A stretch of DNA of 64,000 nucleotides, taken from NCBI GenBank assembly GCA_965248925.1, contig CBDFLE010000006.1, positions 2,368,001 through 2,432,000 of the forward strand, in the 5' to 3' direction. The position numbers were made by a program, and so were the translations under genes. Source of the stretch: Candidatus Multivoradales bacterium (GTDB taxonomy: Bacteria > Acidobacteriota > Thermoanaerobaculia > Multivoradales > J023). The notes under the pieces are model-generated. The model did not search any database. It worked only from the letters and a program-made list of their open reading frames with translations, and was not told where the DNA came from. Below, piece by piece: positions 10,755 to 20,804 of the stretch (position 1 is its first letter; each line of letters opens with the position of its first letter).

Positions 10755-11858
10755 TCAACGCGAACGACGGTAGGCCATCGCTTCGGACACCCGCTGCTTG
10801 GCCAACGACAGAGCCGCTTCGGCAGGGATCTGGCTGTGCGCCTTGGCCAGCTCTAGAACCTCTGCGGTATTCTCCTTGATCTTCTCTTCGATGGTCTCGA
10901 AAGCCTGCTTCTGAGTGCCTCCCCGATACTCGACCGAAGCACAGATCACGCCGCCGGCATTGGCCACCACGTCCGGCACCGAGAGAATGCCGCGGTCGTG
11001 CAAGATACGATCTGCACGCGGCGTCACCGGAATGTTAGCGCCTTGCAGAATCACCTTCGTGTTGAGCCGCGGCGCGACCGTTTCGTCGACCACGTCGGGA
11101 CGGGCTGCTGGTACGAAGATGTCGCAAGGCAGATCGATCCAAGCATCGATCGCCAGCTTCTTACCGCCTTCGTATTCGGTCACCCGGCCGGTTTCGGCCT
11201 TGCTCTCGATCAGCCGTTCGACATCCAGTCCGGCGGGATCATAGATCGTCCCATCCAAGTCGCTAGCAGCGACCAAGACAGCTCCACGCTGCGCCAGATA
11301 GCGCGCCGCGTGGGTGCCCACGTTGCCGAACCCCTGGACGATCACCCGAGCGCCCTCGAGGGTCAGGTCAGCAAAATGCTCCACCACCTCGGCACAGATC
11401 GCCAAGCCAAAACCAGTGGCGCCGATCTGATCCAGAGGAATGCCCCCGAGCACCTTCGACAGGCCCACCGAGCGGCCGATCTCGTCACGCACCCAAGCCA
11501 TGGAAACCTCGTCGGTACCCATGTCGGGACCCGGAATATAGCCCTCGAGGCGCTCGATGGCCCGAGCGAACTGACGGATCAAGGTCTCTTTGTTGGGGGC
11601 CGACGGGTGTGCCAGTATTCCCGATTTGCCGCCACCGTGGGGAATTCCCGCCAAAGCGTTCTTCCAAGTCATCGCCCGAGCCAAGCGAAAGACTTCGTCA
11701 ACCGATACATCCGGCGCCATGCGAATACCGCCAATCGCCGGACCCGCGGAGACGTTGTCGATAACGACGATCCCCTTCAATCCACTGCGGGGCTCGTAGA
11801 TGTGGACTATTTTTTCCGGACCGTATTCGTCCGCAAACCGATCAAATGCATCGAGCAT
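10755..11858 (-). CDS. Glu/Leu/Phe/Val dehydrogenase
   Basis: GGIR, MTWK, GGGK, GPDMGT, GFGNVG, EGAN-like QGAN and NAGGV motifs; start set at ATG behind a GGGAG RBS. Confidence 0.92.
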   Translation of the reverse strand: MLDAFDRFADEYGPEKIVHIYEPRSGLKGIVVIDNVSAGPAIGGIRMAPDVSVDEVFRLARAMTWKNALAGIPHGGGKSGILAHPSAPNKETLIRQFARAIERLEGYIPGPDMGTDEVSMAWVRDEIGRSVGLSKVLGGIPLDQIGATGFGLAICAEVVEHFADLTLEGARVIVQGFGNVGTHAARYLAQRGAVLVAASDLDGTIYDPAGLDVERLIESKAETGRVTEYEGGKKLAIDAWIDLPCDIFVPAARPDVVDETVAPRLNTKVILQGANIPVTPRADRILHDRGILSVPDVVANAGGVICASVEYRGGTQKQAFETIEEKIKENTAEVLELAKAHSQIPAEAALSLAKQRVSEAMAYRRSR

Positions 11859-12046
11859 GTCGAGGTCTCCCTCTAGTCTTACCTGAGCCACCCCTGAAAA
11901 TGAGGTGGCCCGCAGCTCAGATCCCCCTCCGGGGCCCGGACGCAGGGATCGAAATCAAGTGATATCGCGATGGACGGCCGCGCTCCTCAACCTCTGTGCG
12001 CGGCCGCTGAGGGCCGGCACCGGTTGCAGCAAGGCTTGGTTGTCCG

Positions 12047-12084
12047 CTCTAGTGTTGCCGTAGAACTCTAGTGTTGCCGTAGAA
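12047..12084. repeat. perfect 19-bp tandem duplication (CTCTAGTGTTGCCGTAGAA x2)
   Basis: Read directly in the divergent dehydrogenase/yceH intergenic region. Confidence 0.9.
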
Positions 12085-12302
12085 ACAGCGTGGCCCGCAA
12101 CGACCGAACCCTGGGGCCCCTCGATCCACACCGCCGACTTGCTCTCTTACCAATCTTTCGGTCGACGTCAAACCGGGCGCTGATCTGTGCTCGACCGGCC
12201 GCTCACAGTAACAGCTTTACGGGCGCCGCGCGGCCCTGGCCGTGCTCTGAGTTGTGGTACAAGAAGCAAGCCACTCCATCTGACGCCCGACGAGGAGAGC
12301 CG

Positions 12303-12962
12303 ATGCCCAGAACCCGACTGCTCGACCGCCTGGAGATTCGCATCCTGGGGGCGCTGCTCGAGAAAGAGCAAACCACTCCGGACTACTACCCGCTGACCCT
12401 GAAAGCGCTGCGGGCGGCCTGCAACCAGAAGAGCAACCGCGAGCCGGTGATGGAGCTTAGCGAAAACGAGCTTCGCGACAGCGTCGAAGGTCTACAGCAG
12501 GACGTGCTGGTGTGGCGTAGTGCCGGCGCCCGCTCGGCCCGTTTCCAACATTCCCTCGATCGGCGCTGGGACTTGCAGCCGGCCTCCAAAGCGGTGATCA
12601 CCCTACTTCTGTTGCGCGGCCCGCAAACCGCTGGCGAGCTGCGCGCCCGCAGTGAGCGTCTGCACCCATTCGCCAATGTCGACGAAGTAGAACAAACCCT
12701 GGCGGTAATGGCCGGCGGCTTCGATGCTCTGGTGCGCGAGTTGCCCCGCCAAGCCGGCAAACGCGAGATCCGCTGGATCCACTTGCTAGCCGACGACGAA
12801 GCAGCCGCCGAAATCGCGGCCGCCACACCCGCGGCGTCGACCTCCCCCGGCCCGAGCCGCGGCGCCAGCAGCTCGCGCCTCGACCTCTTGGAAACCACCG
12901 TCGAGGAACTGCGCGCCGAAGTCGCCGAATTGCGCGGCCGCTTGGACGAACTCGGCGGCTAG
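12303..12962 (+). CDS. yceH: YceH / DUF480 family protein
   Basis: ILGALLEKEQTTPDYYPLTL..ACNQKSNREPVM and LLLRGPQTAGELRARSERL motifs; GAGGAG RBS. Confidence 0.9.
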   Translation: MPRTRLLDRLEIRILGALLEKEQTTPDYYPLTLKALRAACNQKSNREPVMELSENELRDSVEGLQQDVLVWRSAGARSARFQHSLDRRWDLQPASKAVITLLLLRGPQTAGELRARSERLHPFANVDEVEQTLAVMAGGFDALVRELPRQAGKREIRWIHLLADDEAAAEIAAATPAASTSPGPSRGASSSRLDLLETTVEELRAEVAELRGRLDELGG

Positions 12963-13357
12963 CCGCCTTCTCTCGCCAAGTTTCGACCGGACCGTCAAGC
13001 CTCCCGGCTCCTTCGCTAGTCGGGCCGGACTTGGGCCATCTATGCGGTTCGCCAAGGCTCGGCGCCCGTGTCCACCGCCGGCGCCGGCCAGGGCCAAACA
13101 AGGTTGGTGTACACGCATGGAGTCAACTGCTCCAGAGCCGCCACACCGCACAGACAGACTGACAATCTGCTGAGCGAAATGCACATGCAAGCTGCACATC
13201 CAAGCGTAGCGAAAGGACCGCGGGCCAGAGCAGCCAAAGAGAAGCCACACACCTAGGCGAAAAGGCTAATTGTTCTGCTAAAGTTGGCCGCGAAGTCGGC
13301 AAGCCATTGCAATTCAGGGGAGGGTCACCTTAAAGCTCGACCAGCACCATTCCATGC

Positions 13358-14425
13358 TTGAGAAAGCCGCGCAGGGGAGCCGGAAGCCGGCAGAAGATCC
13401 GGCGCGACAAGAAGAAGCTCAACAGCAAGCTCAAGCCGCTGCTAGAGCGTCTAGAGAAAGAGCTTTTTGTGCCCGGCCTGGACGCCGCTCAGCTGCGGCT
13501 GGCCTGCGGTATCAAGGATCGCACGGTAGGCAGCGAGTTTGGCCGCGCGGTGGGGGTGCCGCTGAGGGCCTATATGGAAGACTGCCGGTTGGAGACTGCT
13601 GTTCAGCTACTGCGTCACCAAGATCTTCAGATCTGTGAGATCAGCGAGCTGCTGGGCTACGCCAGAGTGTCGTCCTTTAGCCGCGCCTTCAAGCGTTGGA
13701 GCAGTTTGCAGCCAGGCGACTTCCGGCGTCTGCTGCAAGCCGACTCACCACTGGCGAGCGTGCCTGGCGACGAGCTGCTGACCAGCCCGTTCTGGTACGC
13801 AGCGATGCTCGGCGAACTCGATACGGAGCAAAGGTATCATTTCTGCCGCCATGTGCAGGCGCTCTACCCGCAGTTCCTGCAGCTAGCCACCAGGGTGCCG
13901 GAAAACGACTCTGAGCCACCACCAGAGCGCATTGACGGGCGCCAGTACGAGCGCTTCAAGGCCGCGGAGAAGTGGCAAGAGATCGCCGATCTACCCCAGA
14001 AAGAGCAGCGCCTGCGCGTGCTGGGGGTGCAATTTCGCACGCCGGAGTTCTTCGACCTTCTGCTGCGCAAGAGCCGTGAGGAAGGGCGGAAAGACCGACA
14101 GCGAGGGGTCGAGATCGCCCTCCTGGCCCTCGACACCGTCGACGCCAGCACCGGTCTGCTAGAAGGCGACACGGCGGAGTTGCACGCCAGGGCCTGGGCC
14201 TGGGTAGGCAACGCCCACCGCCTGGCGCTCAATTTTTCCGGCGCCGAACAAGCCTTCGACCGCGCGGAACTCGACTTGGCGGCGCGATTCGCCGGCCAAT
14301 CGCTCTTCGCCAAGGCCGAGATCTCCCTCTGCCGCGCCGGCCTCCGCCTCGATCAGCGACGGTTCGAGGAGGCCGGTCATAAGGTGCCTGGTACTTCTTC
14401 TCGGCACTTCTTCTCGGGTGCATGA
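13358..14425 (+). pseudogene. AraC-type HTH + TPR regulator, truncated at a repeat insertion
   Basis: AraC C-terminal HTH (RLETAVQLL..ISELLGY..SFSRAFKRW), then a TPR-like helical region that breaks off into repeat-derived GHKVPGTSSRHFF at 14372. Confidence 0.75.
14372..14417 (+). repeat. short palindromic (REP-like) repeat, copy 1
   Basis: GCCGGTCATAAGGTGCCTGGTACTTCTTCTCGGCACTTCTTCTCGG. Confidence 0.9.
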
Positions 14426-14490
14426 CCCGGCTGCCCTCTTGGATTTTGGGGAACCTTAGCGAGAATCCGGCCTTTTGCACATGCGAAATG

Positions 14491-14520
14491 GCCGGTCATA
14501 AGGTGCCTGGCACTTCTTCT
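14491..14520 (+). repeat. short palindromic (REP-like) repeat, copy 2
   Basis: GCCGGTCATAAGGTGCCTGGCACTTCTTCT. Confidence 0.9.
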
Positions 14521-14649
14521 TGGGGCGGATTGAGCAGAAGACCAATTTGACAATTCTTCTGCTAGAATCGCCCTCAGAAAGGCGAGTAGGCTCGCCCAAT
14601 CGCCGACTGGGAATCGACGAATGAAGGTAACCAGGGAGGAATCAAGAAA

Positions 14650-15843
14650 ATGAAGTACAAGACCCTCACTCTGCCAGCGCTGGTCTGGGCACTGACCCTG
14701 CCGGCGAGCTGGGCACAGACGGACGTATCCGAATCGCCAGGCGTGGTGGTTCACAAAGACGACAAACGCCAGATTACACGGATCGAGAAAGCCAACGATA
14801 TTACTGATTTCACTTACGACATCGCTGGAACTCTGCTCCAGAAAAACAGCACAAGATTTGGCATTACAGACTTCACCTACGTTCCAAGTAAGTCGACCGG
14901 CCCTTTTGCCCGCCGCCGAACTTCGAAGCAGACCAGTGAGCTTGGAACCTGGGAACGAACTTCAGTCTATGACCAAGAGGGCCAAAAGGCTCTCAACCTC
15001 GAAGGCTTCGACAGCACTACGTTGTCCCTTGTCGCAGATCGCCTACAGCCATACTGGTGGCCGGCCGGGCTTCGAGCAACAGACATCGAGAGTATGGACC
15101 CGATTCAAGGGGAGGATTTTGCGTCTATCTCTTTCTCCGAGGACGAAGATGGCACTGAGGTTCAGCGCATCAGGGTTTTCGATCAACAAATGGAGATCAG
15201 AGCGCGCTGGCTCGACAAAGATCGCCAGCGCCGGGAAGTCCGTGACGATGCTGGCGGCAAGCGAGTTGAGATCTGGTCTAACAACCGCACTTTGTTGAAA
15301 GCATACGACGATTTCGGCCCCCTCATCGAGGCCGAACTAGATGGCCACGGACGGCCTTATCGGGTGATCATTGGGGGCAACACAGTCCTGCGGTTTGAGT
15401 TTGAGAAAGGCAGCAGAGAATGGAAGGTAAGGCATGTCACCGACTTGATCGATGGTGAACTTGTAGGTACGTGGCGAAGACCGGACGATTTCGACAGTCT
15501 TGGCGATGCCCAGCTACCTGGAAGAAGAGCCCTGGCCTTTCTTCCAGGGTCGATACCCATCGCTGAATGGGACAGTGACCTGTGGGCTGAAGGCGCCATC
15601 CAGATCCGCCGCGACGGCGCGCCGTATGCGCTGATCCCCTTTGATGGACACGGAGAACTCTGGAGATCGATCTCAACAATGTTCAAAGGAGTTATCGATC
15701 GAGATCGCATCGACTACACAGATTCGCAAATCCGCATCCTGCTCTCACTGGGCACGTCATCCATCGCTGCCGGGAGCGAAGTGGTCATCCTGCTTGAGCG
15801 GGAGCGCCAACTCTCCCCACCGACCGAAGCAGCAGGCCAGTGA
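14650..15843 (+). CDS. secreted YD-repeat-like protein
   Basis: GGGAGG RBS, Sec signal ending ASWA, YD-like units TDFTYDIAG, TDFTYVP, SVYDQEG, ELDGHGRP. Confidence 0.7.
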   Translation: MKYKTLTLPALVWALTLPASWAQTDVSESPGVVVHKDDKRQITRIEKANDITDFTYDIAGTLLQKNSTRFGITDFTYVPSKSTGPFARRRTSKQTSELGTWERTSVYDQEGQKALNLEGFDSTTLSLVADRLQPYWWPAGLRATDIESMDPIQGEDFASISFSEDEDGTEVQRIRVFDQQMEIRARWLDKDRQRREVRDDAGGKRVEIWSNNRTLLKAYDDFGPLIEAELDGHGRPYRVIIGGNTVLRFEFEKGSREWKVRHVTDLIDGELVGTWRRPDDFDSLGDAQLPGRRALAFLPGSIPIAEWDSDLWAEGAIQIRRDGAPYALIPFDGHGELWRSISTMFKGVIDRDRIDYTDSQIRILLSLGTSSIAAGSEVVILLERERQLSPPTEAAGQ

Positions 15844-16502
15844 GTAGCAAGCGGCGCACCCGCCTGCTACGCATCTGTTTCATTGTCCTTCCAGCCCTTG
15901 CCGCATCGCTAGCGGAGGCTGGCTGCTACTTCGTGCAGAATCAGACTACAGTCTGTTCTACCGATTTCTCCGGGACCACTTGCGAGACCAACACTTACCA
16001 CGACCTCATCTGCTCTGGCGGCGGTGGCGGTGGTGGTGGCGGCAGTGGCAGTGGCAGTGGCAGTGGCAGTGGCAGTGGCGGTGGCAGTAGTTTGACTTCA
16101 GCTCAGCAAGTTGCGATCGGGAATGCGATGGAAGTCGCAATGGGTCGTCTTTCATCCCTGAATTCATGCGCGACCATGTATGACTATCAAACTCTGAGTC
16201 CCACGAATGGCAATTCAATTCTGATGAACACGACCTACGTGAACGACTCGTTCTCCCCCACATGCAATCTCTACCCGAAGGCTATGTGGACATACAACGG
16301 CCCTCCATACAACAACGGCCCCCCTTATGTTGTGAGGGTTTGTCAGGGTATCAATAGTGGTTTTCGAACCATCGACATCGCCATGCTCATGCTTCACGAG
16401 TCTCTCCATTCGGCCGGCCAGCTCGAGGCGCCAGGCAATCCCGGGGCGCCAACTTCAGCTGACCTAAGCGGCTTTGTGCGCGACCGCTGCAACCTCGACT
16501 GA
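15840..16502 (+). CDS. secreted protein: Cys-rich N-domain, Gly/Ser linker, zincin-like HExxH domain
   Basis: GTGA overlap with upstream gene, signal peptide ending AEA, 4-Cys segment, poly-G/GS linker, HESLHSAGQLE. Confidence 0.72.
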   Translation: MSSKRRTRLLRICFIVLPALAASLAEAGCYFVQNQTTVCSTDFSGTTCETNTYHDLICSGGGGGGGGGSGSGSGSGSGSGGGSSLTSAQQVAIGNAMEVAMGRLSSLNSCATMYDYQTLSPTNGNSILMNTTYVNDSFSPTCNLYPKAMWTYNGPPYNNGPPYVVRVCQGINSGFRTIDIAMLMLHESLHSAGQLEAPGNPGAPTSADLSGFVRDRCNLD

Positions 16503-16529
16503 GGCGACGCCTTGGAGTTTCGCGCTTCT

Positions 16530-16575
16530 GCCGGTCATAAGGTGCCTGGCACTTCTTCTCGGCACTTCTTCTCGG
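16530..16575 (+). repeat. short palindromic (REP-like) repeat, copy 3
   Basis: GCCGGTCATAAGGTGCCTGGCACTTCTTCTCGGCACTTCTTCTCGG, abutting the yceH remnant. Confidence 0.9.
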
Positions 16576-16926
16576 TTGCGTGGCCCACAAACCGCTGGCG
16601 AGCTGCGCGCCCGCAGTGAGCGTCTGCACCCATTCGCCAATGTCGACGAAGTCGAACAAATCCTGGGGGAGATGGCCGGCGGCTTCGATGCTCTGGTGCG
16701 CGAGCTGCCCCGCCAAGCCGGCAAACGTGAGATCCGCTGGATCCACCTGCTAGCCGACGAAGAAGCCGCTGCCGAACTCGCGGCCGCCACACCCGCGGCG
16801 TCGACCTCCCTCGGCCCGAGCCGCATCGCCAACAGCTCGCGCCTCGACCTCTTGGAAACCACCGTCGAGGAACTACGCGCCGAAATCGCCGAATTGCGCG
16901 GCCGCTTGGACGAACTCGGCGTCTAA
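16575..16926 (+). pseudogene. yceH: duplicated 3' half of yceH (direct repeat of ~12611-12962)
   Basis: LRGPQTAGELRARSERL..RGRLDELG nearly identical to the upstream gene at DNA level, with scattered substitutions; no 5' half. Confidence 0.92.
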
Positions 16927-16944
16927 CCGCCCAGCCAGTGACCT

Positions 16945-17667
16945 TCAGAGAGCTGGTTTCAACCCAGCCGACGCTCCAGCAGCGGCTGCCAAGCGGAAGC
17001 CATAGTCGCGGTAGCGCAGCCGCGGCGGGATCGAGCTGCGGGCGGCGCAGCGGCTGGCCTTGATGGCGTGGCGCCAAGAGCCACCGCGCGAAGCTCGCCG
17101 ATGGCCGCTGGCGGGTCCCCGCGGGTCGTGCTGCGGCGAACTGGCGTAGTAATCGGCTGCATACCAATCAGCACACCATTCATGGACGTTCTCGCCCAGG
17201 CCGAGAAAGCCCCACGGATGCAGCGAAGGGTAGGCATCTACCGCCTCCGGACCCTCCGACCAGCGTGACGCGTAGTCCGGCAACTGCTCGGGCGGCTCGT
17301 CGCCCCACGGATAGAGCACCTCGCGCCCAGCTTTGGCGGCGTACTCCCACTCTGATTCGGTGGGCAGTCGCAGAGGGTCCTGCAACTGCTCGCCGCGCCA
17401 CCGACAGTAGGCCACGGCATCTTCCCAAGACGGCCCGACGGCCGGCAGACGCGGGCCGACAAAGGCGGGCTCATCCCAGAACGGTGGTGGAGGATGACCG
17501 CTGGCATCGAGAAAGTGCTGGTATTCAGACCTGGTGAGGGACGCCCGCGCCAAGCGAAACGGTCCTAGCCGCACCCGATGCCGAGGGTTCTCGTTGTCCC
17601 GCAGGCCGCCGCCCATCCAAAACTCGCCAGCGGATACTTCGATCCAGTAGTTCTTTTCGTTCTGCAA
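16945..17667 (-). CDS. formylglycine-generating enzyme family (SUMF1/EgtB-type) protein
   Basis: GEFWMG, RLPTESEWEYAA, NVHEWCADWY, RGGSW, GFR motifs; TTG start inferred behind GGGAG. Confidence 0.85.
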   Translation of the reverse strand: MQNEKNYWIEVSAGEFWMGGGLRDNENPRHRVRLGPFRLARASLTRSEYQHFLDASGHPPPPFWDEPAFVGPRLPAVGPSWEDAVAYCRWRGEQLQDPLRLPTESEWEYAAKAGREVLYPWGDEPPEQLPDYASRWSEGPEAVDAYPSLHPWGFLGLGENVHEWCADWYAADYYASSPQHDPRGPASGHRRASRGGSWRHAIKASRCAARSSIPPRLRYRDYGFRLAAAAGASAGLKPAL

Positions 17668-17684
17668 CTTGGCTCCCGGCCTGC

Positions 17685-20600
17685 TCAGGCGAGCTCTTCG
17701 ACCGTCTCCGCCGACGTGGCTGGCGGACTCGAGGGATTCGAGTGCCGCCACAGCCCACTCATCCAACCCCCCACGACTTCGAAACGGACGCTGATCCAAG
17801 GCAGCACCAAGAGGGTCAGCAAAGCCGAGCTGATCAACCCGCCCATCACCGTCAGGGCCAGTGGGTAGTAGAGCAGGTCAGCAACACTGGAGCCACCGAG
17901 GGCCAGCGGCAGCAGACCGATGATGGTGGTCGAAGCGGTCATCAAGATCGGCCGCAAGCGATCGCGCCCTGCCTCCAAGATAGCCTCTTCCCGCCCCATT
18001 CCAGCTTGCCGCAAGCGGTTGACGTGGTCGAGCAGGACAATACCGTTGTTGACCACGATTCCCATCAGGATCAGCAAGCCGATCTGTGCCATCAGGTTGA
18101 ACGGCGAGTCGGTGAGCGCCAGCAGCCAGAGCGCCCCGGGCAGCGCGAAGGGGATCGACCAGAGAATGGCCAGCGGCTGTGACAGCGATTCGAAGAGCGA
18201 CGCCATCACCAGATAGACCAGGGCTAGAGCGAGCAGGAAGTTGATCCCCATCTGGGCGTTCTGGGTGTCCTGTTCGAGCATCCGCGCGCCCCACGACCAG
18301 GAGTAGCCACTCGGCAGATCGAAGGCGTCCATCAGCGCGGCGATCTGCTGGCGGGTGTCTTGCCAATCCTCACCTTCATAGGTGGCAGCCAAACGCAGCC
18401 GCACTTTGCGGTTCTCGCGGCGGATTTGCTGCGGTTTCTCGATCACCTCGAAAGTGGCGATATCCCCCAGGGTGACCGGGCGGCCAGCGACCTCGCGGAA
18501 CTGTAGGGCACTGAGGTCGGCCAAGCTGGCGCGATCTTCGAGGCGCAACGCCAACCATGTCTCGACTTCCCGATCGGCGGCCCTGAAGCGGGGCAAACGT
18601 AGCCCACCAAGGGTAAAGCCGAAGACCTGCGACACTTCCTCGGCGGTCAGTCCCAACCGCGCCGCCTTGTCGCGGTCGATCCGCACCTGGATCTCCTGCT
18701 GGCCACGGCGGTGGCTGCTCGATAGGTCGACCACCCCGGCGACCGTCTCTAGCCGGCGCTCGGCTTCTTCCGCCAGGGTAGTCAGCAGTGCCGAGTCCTG
18801 GCCGTAGAAATTGACCGAGAAGAAGGTGCTGCCGCCGCCAGAGTCCTCGTCCTCGTTGAAACGCAGATCGACGCCGGCGATCTCGGGCAAAAGCTCGCGA
18901 ATGCGACCGCGCAGCCGCTTGAACTGCTTGGCGGAGAGGCTCTGTTGATCGTCCAGGCTGAGGGTGGTCTGCGCCCGGTTGGAGGCGAAGAAGCTGTACA
19001 TCGACGACAGGCCGAGGTCTTCCAGCCGCGGTCCCAGCACCGCCTCGACTTCTTCTACTGCCTGCTTGGCCGCGGACTTGTAGGTAAAGCCGGAGAAATC
19101 GTAGACCAGAAAATAACGATCGTTGACCCTCGCCGAGAACATCCCGGTCTCCACCATGCCGGTAAAGAGGGGCAGCAGGCCCATCGCCAACGCCAGCAGT
19201 AGCAGCAGCGCGGTCCACCCATTTCGCCGCAGGGTCCAGCGCAGGGCCGCGACATAGAGTCGCTCCAGGCGAACCAAGCTCTTCGGCGGCGCGGCTGCCG
19301 GGCCGCGCAAGAACCTGGAACTGACCAAGGGAATCAAGGTAAGCGAGGCGAACAACGAGCAGACCAGAGCCAGCGAGATGGTCAGGCCCACTTCGCCCAA
19401 CCAGGTGGTGAGGTCGCTCTTCGAGCCGATGATCAGCGGCAAGAAAACGATCAGCGAAGTCAGGGTCGAAGCGCTGACCGCCAACCACACCTGGCTGGCG
19501 CCGACCTCGGCAGCACGCTTCGCATCGCCATCTTCACGGCGCCGACGGTCGATCGATTCCAACACCACGATGGCGTTGTCCACCAGCATGCCCACGCCGA
19601 GCATCAAACCCATCATCGACAGCACATTGAGGGTCTTGCCAAGGAAGTACATCACGCCGCCGGCAGCGACAATCGAGAACGGAATCGACAGCGAGACGAT
19701 CAGCGTCGGCCCCAGACGGCGGAAGAAAAGATAGAGCACCACAATGGCCAGCAAGGCACCCAGCAGCCCCGCTCGAGTGAGGCCATTGAGGGCGCTGGTG
19801 ATCTGCTCGGCCTGGTCGTCGAAAACAAATAGGTCGATGCCCTGCAACAACGGATCGGTGTTGATGTCGTTGTGGATCACCGCCATCACCCGGTGGACGA
19901 CCTCGACGGTGTTGGCGGTCGACTCTTTGAACACCGTCACCGCCACCGCGTCCTTGCGATTGAGATGCCGGCTGTAGGCGATCGCCGGTTCCTCGAAACG
20001 CACCCTGGCGACGTCGCGCAGGCGTAGGCCGCGCGGATCGATCACCAGCTCTTCGAGGTCGGCTATGGAGTTGAGTTCGCTGACCGCACGGGCGGTGTAC
20101 CGCATGCCGCCGGCGCTGACCTCGCCCAACACCAGATTGGAAGTGGTGCCAAACATGCGGTCGATCAGGTCGCCGATATCGACCCCGTGGCGTTTGATGT
20201 CGTCGAGCACCAGCTCGATGTAGATCTCCTTTGGCGCCACCCCATCGAGATCGACCCGCGCCACCCCTGGCACCCGCCGCAGACGATTCTGCACCCGCGC
20301 TTCGAGCAGCTCATAGCTCGCCGAGAGGTCCACCCCGTCGGCCGACAGGCGGGCCTCGACCACTGGAATGTCGTTGGTGTTGAACGAGGCAATGAGAATC
20401 TCGCCAATGCCCGTGGGTAGTTCGGAACGCACCTGCTCCATCTTCTCGGAGACCTGCATGCGCACGATATCGATCTCGTGTCCCCAGTCGAACTCGAGCT
20501 GAAATTGGGCCTGGTCGGCGCTGGCGTCCGAGCGCATGCGTTTGACCCCGGAGAGGGTCGCCAACACTTCCTCGACCGGCTTGACGACCTCGCGCTCGAT

Positions 20601-20804
20601 CTGCCCCGGACTGGAACTCGGATAGGGGATCTGGATCGAGATGAAGGGGATATCCACCGTCGGCAAAAAGGCCAACTTGAGGCGGCCGAAGGCGATACCA
20701 CCGAAAAGCAGCACGCTGAGCAACACCATGCAGGTGGTGATCGGCCGGCGTACCGCCAGGCGCGGCAGCTCGAGCCCGCCGCGGCCTTTCTCGACCGTAC
20801 TCAC
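17685..20804 (-). CDS. RND efflux permease (AcrB/AcrD/AcrF family)
   Basis: 1039 aa, GMLVDNAIVVLE, RLRPILMT, 12-TM architecture. Confidence 0.93.
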   Translation of the reverse strand: MSTVEKGRGGLELPRLAVRRPITTCMVLLSVLLFGGIAFGRLKLAFLPTVDIPFISIQIPYPSSSPGQIEREVVKPVEEVLATLSGVKRMRSDASADQAQFQLEFDWGHEIDIVRMQVSEKMEQVRSELPTGIGEILIASFNTNDIPVVEARLSADGVDLSASYELLEARVQNRLRRVPGVARVDLDGVAPKEIYIELVLDDIKRHGVDIGDLIDRMFGTTSNLVLGEVSAGGMRYTARAVSELNSIADLEELVIDPRGLRLRDVARVRFEEPAIAYSRHLNRKDAVAVTVFKESTANTVEVVHRVMAVIHNDINTDPLLQGIDLFVFDDQAEQITSALNGLTRAGLLGALLAIVVLYLFFRRLGPTLIVSLSIPFSIVAAGGVMYFLGKTLNVLSMMGLMLGVGMLVDNAIVVLESIDRRRREDGDAKRAAEVGASQVWLAVSASTLTSLIVFLPLIIGSKSDLTTWLGEVGLTISLALVCSLFASLTLIPLVSSRFLRGPAAAPPKSLVRLERLYVAALRWTLRRNGWTALLLLLALAMGLLPLFTGMVETGMFSARVNDRYFLVYDFSGFTYKSAAKQAVEEVEAVLGPRLEDLGLSSMYSFFASNRAQTTLSLDDQQSLSAKQFKRLRGRIRELLPEIAGVDLRFNEDEDSGGGSTFFSVNFYGQDSALLTTLAEEAERRLETVAGVVDLSSSHRRGQQEIQVRIDRDKAARLGLTAEEVSQVFGFTLGGLRLPRFRAADREVETWLALRLEDRASLADLSALQFREVAGRPVTLGDIATFEVIEKPQQIRRENRKVRLRLAATYEGEDWQDTRQQIAALMDAFDLPSGYSWSWGARMLEQDTQNAQMGINFLLALALVYLVMASLFESLSQPLAILWSIPFALPGALWLLALTDSPFNLMAQIGLLILMGIVVNNGIVLLDHVNRLRQAGMGREEAILEAGRDRLRPILMTASTTIIGLLPLALGGSSVADLLYYPLALTVMGGLISSALLTLLVLPWISVRFEVVGGWMSGLWRHSNPSSPPATSAETVEELA

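Noticed and set aside
12963-13357. Short ORFs upstream of the AraC-TPR gene as a peptide partner
   Set aside because: No convincing RBS, motif or homology
16006-16263. Minus-strand HCHCHC 'metal-binding' ORF
   Set aside because: Antisense shadow of the GGCAGT repeat encoding the Gly/Ser linker
14372-16575. The three ~30-46 bp repeats as a CRISPR array
   Set aside because: Spacing is irregular (~70 bp and ~2 kb), whole genes lie between copies, and no cas genes are present
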